The notes under the pieces were generated by a model. It worked only from the letters and a program-made list of their open reading frames with translations. It had not been told where the DNA came from and did no database searches. This document shows, in pieces, positions 37,501 through 51,996 of a stretch of DNA of 64,000 nucleotides; the stretch's first letter is position 1, and every line of letters begins with the position of its first letter. The DNA is from Zygnema circumcarinatum SAG 698-1b. Its lineage: Eukaryota; Plantae; Zygnematophyceae. The position numbers and the translations under genes are program-made. Location: NCBI GenBank assembly GCA_037447605.1, contig CM074804.1, forward strand, positions 1,302,001 through 1,366,000, read 5' to 3'.

Positions 37501-39555
37501 CAAAAAATCGTCCACATGAACGTTCACCCTCTTCTGATTGCCAGAAGTTTCCCGCATGCTGACGTCATCGTTGACACTAGCGTGACGTCATCGGCTAGCA
37601 AATGTCCGGCTGAGGGCAGTGCGGCATTTAAACGAAGGTTGAAACTAACCAGTTCCCACTAGACACTAAACAATGAATAAGAAAACAAATGAAAAAAAAA
37701 CAAACAAATAAACAAATGAAAAAGACGAACAAACAAACAAACAAACAAACGACCGAATAGATTAATAAACAACTAACAAAAAAAAAAAAAAAAATAGACA
37801 GTCATACTGAATGCAGACAATTAATACTAAACTGAAATCCCTAATTCCTCCCACTCTCCCTCCCTCCCTCCCTCCCTCCCTCCCTCCCTCCCTCCCTTAC
37901 CCGCAGAGCCCGCAGCCCCTCCCCTCCGTCCAGCAGCTGATGTATGAGCTCCCTCACATCCCCTCCCCGCAGCCATGGCCGCTGCGAGTTGAGAAGCTTC
38001 ACTAGAGGGCTTGGCCGCATCACCTTCGCCTCCTGCACCATCCACTGCAGCTTTCGCCTCACCCACTCCTCACCTCCCTCCTCTCTCTCCACATACTCAG
38101 AGAAGGAGGGCTGAGCCTCCTCTTCCAGAAGCTTCTTTTCTCTCCTCCGAGCCATTTTCCGCTTCCATTTCTCCTCCGCTTCCGGCAGCTCCTCTCTAAG
38201 GGATTTTTTGTTGGGCATTTGAAGCTCGTCTAAGGTGGGCAGTCCCTGGGATTGCATTTGGGTCTCCCACCATTCTGAGGTTTTTAAAGAGACTTCAAGT
38301 TTAGGGTTTGGGGGTCCTTTGAAACTGCTTTCTGCAAGAAAAGCGGCGCTGCGACTCCCTCTCTCTCTCGCCTCCACTGTCTCTCTCTCGCCCTCTACCG
38401 CCGCCCTGGCGCCTCCTCTCCCTCTCCCTCTCCCTCTCCGCCCGAAACCTCCCTCCTCATCTTCCACTCTTTTCTCAAACCTCTCACTCCTCGCATCAAT
38501 TGTGTTTCTTCCCTCCGAACCGTAGCTGCCCGCCGTCCCTCTCCCTCCCACCTCTCTCTCACTGAACCCTCGTCCTTCTCTGACCTCACTCCCTCTCACC
38601 TCTTTCTCACTGAACCCTCTCCCTTCCCTGACCTCTCTCCATCCCACCTCTCTGCTCCCCCTCTCAGCATTCCTCTCCTTCAGCTTCTGCGACCCACGCC
38701 CCATCCATGGTTGCTGCTGCTGCTGCTGCTGCTGCGAAACGCCTCTCCCTCCCCCTCTCCCTCCCCCTCTCCCTCCCCTCTCACTTCTCTCTCCTCTCTC
38801 ATACCCCCCCTCTTTCTCTCCTCTTCCTCCGCTCCGCACTCCTCCCCTCCCTTCACTTCCAAGCGACTCCGAATTCCAACCCCGTTCTATATCGCTGCGA
38901 CCGTTCCATTCCACCCATGAATCTCCAGACTTGTTCTCCCATCCACCTCGTTCCATGCTCCTCCGTTCCGTTGGCCCTCTACTCCACCCCGCATCTCCTC
39001 CCGTCTCCCTCATAGGGAATACAATCTTCCCTTCCTCTCCATTACTCCGGAATCCTCTCCCACCATCCTCTCTCTCTCTCTCCCATCTTGAGGACGAGAA
39101 TTTCCCCTCCCCATTACTATTGAATCCCCTCTCCCTCTCCCCTTCACTCGCTCGCCTCCATCCCTCCCCTCCCTTACTAATCAATCGCCGAGAATCAGAG
39201 GTTTGCCTTCCCTCTCTCTCCCACCTCCCCTCCCCTCTCTCTCCCCTCTCCCTCCTCTGTTCCCACTCCCCTCTCCCTCCCCCCTCCCTCCTCTCTCCCC
39301 ACTCCCCTCCCTCTCCTCTCTCCAATCTCTCCTGTCAGCCCCTCTCTCCTGCACTCGCCCCTCCCCTCTCTGTAAAGCATTCTGCACCCCTCCTCCCTCC
39401 TTTTTCACTCCCTTTATGGGTTTGGGTCTAAAGGGCCTCCCCGGCCTGAACCCCATTTTAAGGTACGGAGGTTTACTGGAAAACGATTTATACCCATTTG
39501 CAGCAAAGCCTGGAAATAATAATGAAGGCCGAGTCAAATGAGTTGGGGCGCTCAT
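34585..39555 (-). CDS. OTP51: OTP51-like PPR protein with a C-terminal degenerate LAGLIDADG domain, plastid intron splicing factor
   Basis: Exons 36951-34585, 37410-37120, 39331-37901 and a transit-peptide-like 5' part from ATG 39555. Several PPR repeats are followed by [10 protein letters not shown]...HLYGEFKDWA...SHGSFRFYAHQ...[23 protein letters not shown]...LWKLMEPYV, matching the OTP51 architecture. The 5' junction near 39332-39408 is uncertain. Confidence 0.9.
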
Positions 39556-39833
39556 CGCTACAATTTCGCTTCGGGGAGAATAGCCACCACCACCGCCGGG
39601 TGTGGGGGAATTCAAGAAAATTGGACCCGGGTTTGCAATTTTTTTAAAGGACGTGAACATTCCTGCAAGCGGGGCTACTGCGGAAAATAATTCGGTATTC
39701 ACACAATGCAGCCTCCTGCTAAGAAATGAAAAAAGAAAAAAGAAAAAAATCGGGTAAGGGAGGGGGGGGGGAGGAGAGAAGAGAGGAGAAATTAAGCATG
39801 ACGAGAAATTCCCAACCCCTAAAACTTACACCT

Positions 39834-39855
39834 TAAACCCTAAACCCTAAACCCT
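39834..39855 (+). promoter_or_regulatory. Three tandem telobox / telomere units (TAAACCC)3
   Basis: TAAACCCTAAACCCTAAACCCT about 280 bp upstream of the OTP51 start codon. Confidence 0.6.
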
Positions 39856-40011
39856 GCATCCTGGTTTTCCGCCCTCCCCTCCTCCGCGCCCTGAACCCCA
39901 CCTGGCCAGCGCGCGCATGACTGCCACGCGTCATCCCCTGATGCCACCGTCCCCGCCCGTTCTGTCAAATACCACACGTGGCGACCCGCTATTCGCCACC
40001 GGAGCCGCCTC

Positions 40012-40067
40012 GAACCCTGAACCCTGAACCCTGAACCCTGAACTCTGAACCCTGAACCCTGAACCTT
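40012..40067 (+). repeat. Interstitial telomere-variant array (GAACCCT)8, i.e. (TTCAGGG)n on the minus strand
   Basis: Eight consecutive 7-bp units, six perfect and two with one mismatch. Confidence 0.9.
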
Positions 40068-41129
40068 GCCGAGCGAGATTAAGCTAGGGGAGAGGGGGAG
40101 GGGGCATGCCTTGCGTAGGGGGCGGGGCGGCACTGGGGGCGGTTCAGGGTCACGACCGTACAGTACGAAAGTTCTATGCGTGGGGCCGCAGCGCTCGCCA
40201 TTCGTTTCCATGGTGCGAGTAGAGACTGGCGGCTACCGGTAGAAATTTTAGAAATTACACAAGCGTTCCATGGATAACTCTATTGTGCTAGTTTACGCTA
40301 CGCTGTTCAAATTCAAGAAAAGTGGCTGTTGCAGAATCAAGCTATAACTAGTCTTCATGAAACGGCCTCAATCTCTGCGAGAGACTTTACTTAACGGTGG
40401 TCAGTATTGCACGTAATGAATCACTGCAACTGGGACTGGAACCAAGACCAAGACTTCATGGCGTTAGACTACAATCCGCGGTTCAAATGCAAGAAAACTG
40501 CCTGTTACGAAATCAAATTACAACGGGACCAGAACTGGAACCAGACGTTCCATGTTTCCAGGATACAGTAGCTTCCTTCGCGGAATTCCGTATTTCCAAT
40601 TCGCCACGTGTCGCTTGCACCAGTACGGAGACGCTTGCCACGTGGCACCCTGATCATCCCCCACGTGTCCCCCAGCGACGAGAGCACAAGTTCGCGCTGC
40701 GCTTCTCGAATTGCGTCACGTGTCGCATCGAGTAAAGGGCTGCCGCGTGGCACTTCCACGTAGGCGTCACGTTCTGTCACGCCCTCCCGCCCTCTATTTA
40801 AGAGGCGCCTCCGCAGGTCGCTGGAAGGAAGGGCAGAAAAACGCAGGGCGGGCAGGTGTAAAACATTTTCACGGGCAGGGTTAAAACGTTTCACCGGCAG
40901 GTTTGTGGGGCCGTGGCAGTGTCGGCCAGGGCAGGCACGGCTGCTTCGGGCAGGAGGGAACGTTTTTTCTATTTTTCGGGCAGCTGGAAATTCTGTTTTG
41001 AGCAGTTGTTGCTACATTTGTAGGCCGATAGTTTCCGACCCCTTGTATATTTTCGCCCCCTTTTCTTTGTCCCACTTTTTAAGCAGGAAGTCGAATTTGA
41101 ATTTGTTTGCGTAAACTTTTCCGGACGGA

Positions 41130-44482
<3,353 letters not shown>

Positions 44483-46377
44483 GCACTCTTGAACAATTTA
44501 GGAGGGGAATTATGCGCAGAGGGCTGAAATAGAAGAAAGTGGAGATACTGAAGATGTGAATGTTCTTGTAATTTGGGGCTGAAGGCGCCGTCTTTTTCCA
44601 CACTTTGGGTATGTTCGGAGAGTTGATTTTGGATATGAGATTTGGAATGAACTGAAAACCTTAAATACCCTAAAAAAGCTTTCAAAACCATGCTCAGGCT
44701 GGTAGAGAGAGAAGATAGAATAAATGGGGGAAGAGAGAGTGGTGGGGGGAATGTAAATATGGAAGGTCGAAGGTAGGGTTTGGGAAATAGACGATGTTGC
44801 AGAGCTTGTTTTTGTCACAATTACTGAGTTCGTGGTTTCCATGCAAGCAAAAAAGCTGTTTCCATGTGAGGAATGGTTGGAACTCAGAACATGAAGATAT
44901 TTTTCGGATGGCTTGAAGTATAATAGTTATGTTTCCAATCTAGCACACATGGAAGAGTCAAGTGCGCCTGCAACTTTTTTTCCCCTAAAAAAAACTGGAA
45001 ACCCTAAAATCTGTAATAGTCCACTACTCGTATCAACAGCCTCGAGATATAGCCTACAAAAAAATCATTTTGAACACAAACTATCTATTGACAACCTGTT
45101 CATACGAAATCAAACGCAGAAAGAATAGTTCGCTCTGCGGCGCGCGCGCAACTCATACTTTGAGGCAAATGAGAAAAATTTTAAGCACATATTTTCTTCA
45201 CAAGACGCGAAAGCAAACAGAGAAAATTATAAGGAAATTCTCCTTCCACAAATTGAACGCGAAGCTGAAGAGAAAAAAGTTCCCTTGCAGCAAGAATGTC
45301 TTCGATGTGTCTGTCGTCTTTGAATTCCTTTGACTTCTTGTTCCACATTTTGAAGCAGTACTTAAAAACAACAAGTCAATTTCGTCTTAAAGGGAGTGAG
45401 GGGATAAAATCAGCACGATTTGTAAGCGAGTTCTCAGTTTTAGCTTTCCAATTTTTAGATATTTGTCTTTTCCAGCTGCCGTTCACACTAAAAACACGAC
45501 CGAACTCGTCGGTCTCGCGAGCACCCGTGGGAACACAATCGCAAAAGGACAAAATACAACCTCCGCCGCCGCCGCCGCCGCCGCCGCCACCGCCGCCGCC
45601 GCGTCCGCCTCCCGGCGCCACGTCGGCAGGCTGACCGGCCCCAAGTCTCGCAGCAGGGGCCAGGAACCTTCGAGGAGCCTTCTGATGACGTCATGCCACG
45701 TCACCGCAGGGGATTCAGCCCCGAACTATTTTTTAGCCGCTCCCTTGGCCCATTCAGAGATCGCCACGTGTCCGCGCGTCGGCCGCACACTGACGTGGCA
45801 GCCCGTGACTGCTGTTCTACGCGGATCCATTTTCTTTTTTTTGGGGAGAGCGCATTGCGTAGAGCTAATCTGATTATGCCACGTGTACTCGCTGCTAGCG
45901 TGGCGATTTATCATTGGTCAGAAAATTCTAAATGGCTACAAACCCAGTTTGTACCATACGTCATTCCCAGATTTCGTACATGTAGCCGTACAATGATACG
46001 GTCTGAACGCGTTGCCGCGTGCTTGGAAGGAGGGTCACCGTACGGACCGTACGTCCCTATTGGGAGGCCGCCTTCCTCCTCACTTCCCCCCCCCCCCAGG
46101 CAGTCTCTATCTCTCTCTCTCCCTCACTCGCTCCCTCTACATTTGATGTCATCGCCATCCTGAGACCAGTGCAAGTTCTTCCTCTCTACACCTTTTTTAG
46201 TCTTCCCTCTCTCTCCCTTCGTCTTTAAGTTTCCCTCTCTCTCTCCTTTCTCTCCTTTCGCCTCTTCTCCTCTTTCCAGCACCTCCTTCTCCCCTCCTCT
46301 CCCCTACTTCCGCTACTCCACATCCGCCCTGTCCCCCCTCCCTTCTCCCCACTCCCTCCCACTTCCGCTTCCCCGCA

Positions 46378-48046
46378 ATGGCCCTCCCTCCCCCCCCTCT
46401 CCCCATGCCGAGCCACCCTCCTCCAGCATCCTCGTCCCCCCCCCCCACGTTTTACTACCCCTCCCTTAGGCAAATGAACGGTGTGGTTGTCGGGGTCCTC
46501 GTGGTTCTCGTTCTTCTTGTCCTTCTCCTTACTTTAGTAAAGGCTTGGAGGACGTGGCTCCATTCGAGAGTGAGACGTGGAGGCGCCCTAGAGGGTGGGA
46601 TGGCAGAGGGAGTGGAGGGGCAGCAACTGCACGGAGCGCATGGAACGGCCCGAGGGTTGAACGAGGATGCAATTGCGAGGGTGGGAAAAACGTACTCATT
46701 TAAATCGGTGTCTTCTGTTGAGAAGGGAGGGGAGGTGGGAGGGGAGGGAGAGAAGGGAGGGGCTGGTGGAGGGAAGGACAGGGATATGGGGTTGCTGAAG
46801 TCAACGAGCCTCAAGCTTCATAATGACGTGGCGAAATCGTTGAGTTTGGAGAGCGAGTGCATTGTGTGCCTCGCGGAGTACAAGGACGGTGACGTGTGCC
46901 GGAAACTGGACGCCTGCGGACACTCGTTCCATGTGGTAAGTTCCGTTCTGGCGAGTAGGTTAGAATGGAAAGGGTCTTAGAAGTAGGGGTAGCACAGTAG
47001 GTTTGAGAGAAAGAGGAGGGGGGAGGGGAGGGGAGGGGAGGGGAGGGGAGGGCAGAGGAGGAGAGGGGGGCAGGAAGGGAAGGATGGAGAGAGAGGGAGG
47101 GAGGGAAGGCAGAGGAATCGCGAAGGGGGAGAGAGAGCGAGGAGGGTAGGGATAGGAGAGGAAGGGGGAGGGGCCAGGAAGGGACGGATGGAGAGGGTTG
47201 GTAGGAGGAGAAATGGTGGAGAGAGGGTGACAGGGAGAGTGGAAGGAGAGGAGACATCGTAGGGGAGGAAAGACATGGGGAAGTAGAAGAGAGGAGGTGA
47301 CGGAATGGAGGAAAGGAGAGAGGGAGAGGACAGAAAGAGAGCGTACAGTGAGACAAGAGGAGCGGGGAGGAGGGGAACAGAATGAGAAACAATACTTATT
47401 TAACAGACGCATTTTGCTTTTGTTTTTGTGATACTCAATTGGGTTGTTGCTGAAGTCAAGACTGTTGTTCTTAACAAACTTTAATCTTTTGGTTGCATTT
47501 CCAGTCTTTTATTTTTCTATTTACGGAAAAACCTGTTGGGGGCAAAAGTCCCTCGTCCTTTTTTATCTGCTTAACCTTTTTATCGGTTGCTGCATAACTA
47601 TCCTCTACTTCAGAACCTTCAAATACCTAAAATGTGCTCTTGACCCTATTGCAATAAAACCCTAAGGTACTCGAACCGCCAGATTTGAGAACCCTAAACT
47701 CCATCTCTCTGCTTGCCAATTTCAAACCACTAACAACCCTAAAACTTATAAGACTACCGAATATTGACACTAAACGCAATTCTGATCATTCACTTTCCTG
47801 TTCTATATCCTGCTCTTATGTATTTATACCACATTTCATATTTCATATGTTGTATTATCCCTTGAATTTTTACAGGACTGCATAGATGCATGGCTGCGCA
47901 CGAACACATCGTGCCCTCTTTGCCGCACAGAGCTGCAACCGAAGGAGGAGGAGTTGCCCGCGAGCACTGCTGCTGGGCGAGGGGCAGAGGGGGCGACTCA
48001 GCAGAGGAGAGGAGAGGGAGCCTTTGTTAGCATTTCCATAAATTAA
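46378..48046 (+). CDS. ATL-family RING-H2 E3 ubiquitin ligase, paralog 1, 2 exons
   Basis: N-terminal TM (VVVGVLVVLVLLVLLLTLV), GLD-like RGLNEDAIARV, and RING-H2 CIVCLAEY...C-GHSFHV|DCIDAWLRTNTSCPLCR split by an intron (donor ~46937, acceptor ~47876). Confidence 0.92.
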
Positions 48047-48705
48047 TTAAATTAAATAGAAACGCATGTCAGTGAGAAGATTGTTTAACATATGTGGTGG
48101 GGCGGGCGTTCTGGCTGTGTTTTCATTATTTTTTGTTGTATTGTGTCAGGCAGAAGGCAGGAGGAGGGGGGGGGGGGGGGGNNNNNNNNNNCAGGCTGTA
48201 CACTGTTGATCAAGTCACTTTGTAGGTGAAGTTAGGTTGTGGATAAAGTCATAGACGTTCGTGGGACTTTTGGGAAAGGAACAACGATGGTTGACGACTG
48301 TTCACATGGTGTGAACGGTCTAGAAATAAGTGTCTGCGACGGAAGGGCGAAGTCCTGCTTCTCCCAATAATAAAAATAATAATAATAATAAAGCTTGTGG
48401 TGCTGCGAGAGCGAGACAGGGCGATGTGCGTAATTGAAAGAGCAGAGCCTCGTTTGTAAATTTTTGGTTGCTGAAATCAGTCCCTGCAGTAAGCAGTGCG
48501 GGAAGGCAGGCAGGCAGAGAGTGGCGATGTCTGCAAGTCCGCGTCATCAGCAATGATCTCCGGATCTATTCCTGGCATCATTTCAAATACCAAGTCAGGG
48601 ACGAGTTTTGCTCAACAAAAACTGCCAGCTTTGGAAACAGACTTTCTAAAGTACAAGAGGATTTGCAAAAGTTTTGACTGTCTCTAATCTGTGACAATAT
48701 CCCGC

Positions 48706-48784
48706 GGCATGGCATGGCATGCATGGCATGCATGGCATGGCATTGCACGGCACGGCATGGCATAGCATGACATGGCATGGCATT
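48706..48784. repeat. (GGCAT)n pentanucleotide array containing CATGCATG (RY-like) units
   Basis: Seen directly: ggcatggcatggcatgcatggcatgcatggcatggcattgcacggcacggcatggcatagcatgacatggcatggcatt. Confidence 0.85.
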
Positions 48785-49472
48785 GCGCTCTGAGTCCTCT
48801 GTCAGAAAAATGCGCACCCTCCCTCCATCCGTACCATTCGTCAGTACCGTACAGTAAAAGTCCGTGAGTCCGCCGACCATCCAATGCCGTTTCTTCTCCT
48901 TTCTCTGGGACCTGTACGGCACCGACCTTCATCACCGACCTAATGACCGACCTACGCCGACCGTTTGCGTCGCTACGAGTAGCGGCACAGTTTTGTCGGT
49001 TTGCGCTCGCCGGCCTCTCGTGACAGCTATGTTTTGTCGTGTAGTGAAGGGGACAGCTGTTGGGGCCACTGACTCTTCCGCTTCCGCGAGGGGGTAGTGA
49101 CGTCAAGGAGCACAAGATTCTCGCCCTCGTTTTGGGTGAAATTTAACCAAATTGCAAAAGGCTGCCCGTTTGCAACAACCCAATCATAAGCCGCCGCGTC
49201 ATCATAAGTGCTTGCGTGGCATATTCAGATTGGCTCACGGGTCATGGATCAACTCCTGAAATTGTAAATCCGCCCACAACTTCCCCCGTTTGTTTTGCTT
49301 TGGCGCGGGGCCCTTTTGTCGTCAAGCGAGGGGAGGGGAGGGGAGGGAGGGGGAGGGAGGGGGAGGGAGGGGGAGGAAGAAGGCGAGGGAGGGAAGGGCA
49401 GAAAGAAGGGAAAGGAAGGGAAGGGCAAAGGGAAGGGAAGGGAAGGGAAGGGTGGAAACAGCAGAAAATAAT

Positions 49473-49751
49473 AGGGGGAGTGAGACCTTGACCATCGCCA
49501 AATCAATTTCGCCAGCCCGTCGGGCCAATTCTGCTTTGTACGGCAGGCCTTTTTCGCCAAAAGTGGACGTTCGACAGGCTCGGTTGCCGAGCCTAAAACT
49601 CATTTTTGTAACCTATTTCGAAGTACGGACGGGACAGACAGGTTCGGGGGGAGCCGCGGTTTCCGACCCGAATTCTGCAATTGAAATCAATACCTTTCCG
49701 CCGGCGGAAACTTTCAATTCCGCGGGCGATGGTCAAGGTCTGACTCCCCCT
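49473..49751. mobile_element. MITE family B, 279 bp, TIRs related to family A
   Basis: 27-bp TIRs AGGGGGAGTGAGACCTTGACCATCGCC / GGCGATGGTCAAGGTCTGACTCCCCCT with one mismatch. AAT on both flanks (49470-49472, 49752-49754). Confidence 0.88.
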
Positions 49752-49754
49752 AAT

Positions 49755-49913
49755 AGGGGGTGTCAGACTTAAAAAATTTCAGTACGCGTGTTCGTAAGTT
49801 TGACATCAGAACGAGTACTCCAGTATAATCGCAATCCTTCTGCAGCGGAGTACTTTCGTAACCTTTTTTTTCGTAACGCTTTTCGTAAGATTTTGTTAAG
49901 TCTGACACCCCCT
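49755..49913. mobile_element. MITE family A, copy 2, 159 bp, inverted relative to copy 1
   Basis: The reverse complement matches 7495-7653 with 5 substitutions by manual comparison. AAT flanks at 49752-49754 and 49914-49916. Confidence 0.92.
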
Positions 49914-51039
49914 AATAGTAGTGCAGAAAGGGAAGAAATGGCTGAATCAACTCAAATTTATAAAACATAAGAAGAGCAGGGACGAAAACACACAAAGATG
50001 AGACGGAAGGAACAGCGCAACGCGACAAGACAAGTTACATCGGAAAAATTGGCAGAAGAAATAAAAAGCCGCAGCGACACAGCAACAAACAAATCAAAAA
50101 ACAAAAAGGCACACAGACAAGGACGCGCCACAGCGAAACAAAACAACCGCGAGAGGCTGCCACGTGGCCGCAGCGGAGGCGGCGGCAGCACACGCAACGG
50201 TCGGAAGCGCCGCGCGCGGAGGCGGGGGGGTGGCTCCCCTTTGTCGTTTGCGCACGGCTATTGGCTCCCCCCCGGGACCCCCCCCCCCCCCCCCCGCCCC
50301 CCAAAAACTCCTCCCGGCTGCAAACAGTCGGCCGGCTGCCGTACGAGCTGGCCGGCGAGACAGTGGGCGGGCAGATTCGTCGTTTAGTGGTTTATCCCCA
50401 ACGCCATCACATGTGCATGGACACCGACCGTCGCAGAGGACTGAACAGGTCACAAAGAGCGTAGGGATTAAAACGGAGTCCATGTGGGGTCATGTCCTGG
50501 CATGTGCGTGCATGCGTTAGGGACACAGCGGGCGCCAACTGTATGGGGAGACATGTCGGGGACCCGTGCCCGAATGCTCCGCGCACCCCTTCCAGCCCCG
50601 CCGGCCGGCAGGTCCTGATCTCGCCGGCGACCTCGCCGGCAACCCTGCCGTTCTCTGCGGATGTCAGCCCTCGCACCTTCGCGGAAGGCTCCCCCTGAAT
50701 CTGTTGTCGGCTGGTTCGCCGCGCTAAACCGTACGGAGGGAGCAGTTTGTACGGACATGACCCCGAATGTACGGCGTGTCGTTGTACGGATGACGATTGT
50801 TCAGTTGCGAGTTGCGAGGAAGGAGAACCGCCCGCACGCTGCAGCGGCGGGACGGCTCACTCGCCCGCCCTCGCGCTAACTCCCCGGAGCTGTCGCTCCC
50901 ACTGCACCCCCCCTTCTCTCTCGCCCCCAGTCAACTCGCTCTCCCCCCTCCCTCTCCTCCCTCCCTCTCCTCACTCTCTCTCCCTCACTCTCCCTCCCTC
51001 TCCCTCTCCCTTCCTCTCTCTCTTGCACCTTCTGCAGCC

Positions 51040-51929
51040 ATGGTTGACCCCGCTCCGACTCCAGTCCCCTCCATGAGCTCCTCGATGAGCTCCGCCCCTT
51101 GGCCGTACTACCCCTCCACTGGTGCTCTCCACGTAGCAATTTTGGGCGTCCTCGTTCTTCTTGTCGTCCTCGTCGTGCTTATTCTCCTGGTCAAGCTCCG
51201 GAGGGGCTGGTTGCTTGATAGTAGGGCGCCACCTGGCGCGGCACCTGGTGGCGCGTGGGTGAGACTGGAGGGGCCCCGGGGCCCGCCTCGTGGCTACAAC
51301 CAAGAAAATATTGCAAGGGTGGGAAAGACTTTCGTTTACAGTCCAGCGCTGTCTGTCGGGAAGGCGGGAGAGGAGGTGAAGGGCAAGGATGGGGCGAAGT
51401 CAACGAGCGCCGAGAGTCATGATGACGGGGCAAAAGCGTTGACTGCTTCCAGCGAGTGCGTCATGTGTCTTGTGGAGTATAAGGACGGCGACGAGTGTCG
51501 GAAACTCAACGCTTGCGGGCACTTGTTCCATGTGGTGAGTTCTGTTCTGGGGAGGATGATCATTTGCCATTTGCCATTTAGCAGCTCCACGTTTACCCCA
51601 AACTCAGCTGTTTTAATTCCCTTTGCTTACAGATACTTTTATAATTCGTTTGCATGATGTTCTCCTTGCAGGATTGCATTGACACGTGGCTGCGCTCGAA
51701 CACATCGTGCCCGCTGTGCCGCACAGTGCTGCTCAGTGAGAGCGAGGCGGCCCCTGAGGAGCTGCCGACGAGCACCGCGATAGGGGTCCCTGCTGCGCCG
51801 CAGTCCCACCAGGAGGCTCCAATGGGCCGCGTGGTGGTGGTGGGGGTGCGGTCCATCGGCCCGAACGGGGAGGCCTCGCCGCTGCATCGGAGGGAGGGGG
51901 ACGCGTTCGTCAGTATTCCGATTCATTAG
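51040..51929 (+). CDS. ATL-family RING-H2 E3 ubiquitin ligase, paralog 2, 2 exons
   Basis: TM AILGVLVLLVVLVVLILLV, RGYNQENIARVGKTF, and RING-H2 CVMCLVEY...CGHLFHV|DCIDTWLRSNTSCPLCR with the intron (51535-51671) at the same position as in paralog 1. Confidence 0.92.
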
Positions 51930-51996
51930 GGAGGACGCGTTGTCAGTATTCCGATTCATTAGGGGGGACGCGTTCGTCAGTATTCCGATTCATTAA
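51896..51996 (+). repeat. Three tandem 33-34 bp units spanning the ATL paralog 2 stop codon
   Basis: GG(G/A)GGACGCGTT(C)GTCAGTATTCCGATTCATTA(G/A) at 51896-51929, 51930-51962 and 51963-51996, with no spacers. Confidence 0.93.

Noticed and set aside
37556-37615. Possible intronic snoRNA in the OTP51 intron (two TGACGTCATCG motifs)
   Set aside because: There is no proper C box (RTGATGA) paired with a D box and terminal stem on the sense strand. They are more likely bZIP-type sites or chance.
40305-40530. Degenerate direct repeat of about 47 bp at 40305 and 40481
   Set aside because: It is too diverged and short to assign, with no TIR or TSD found. It is probably an old local duplication.
51896-51996. 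CRISPR-like 34-bp repeats
   Set aside because: The units are directly adjacent with no spacers, overlap a eukaryotic stop codon, and there are no cas genes.
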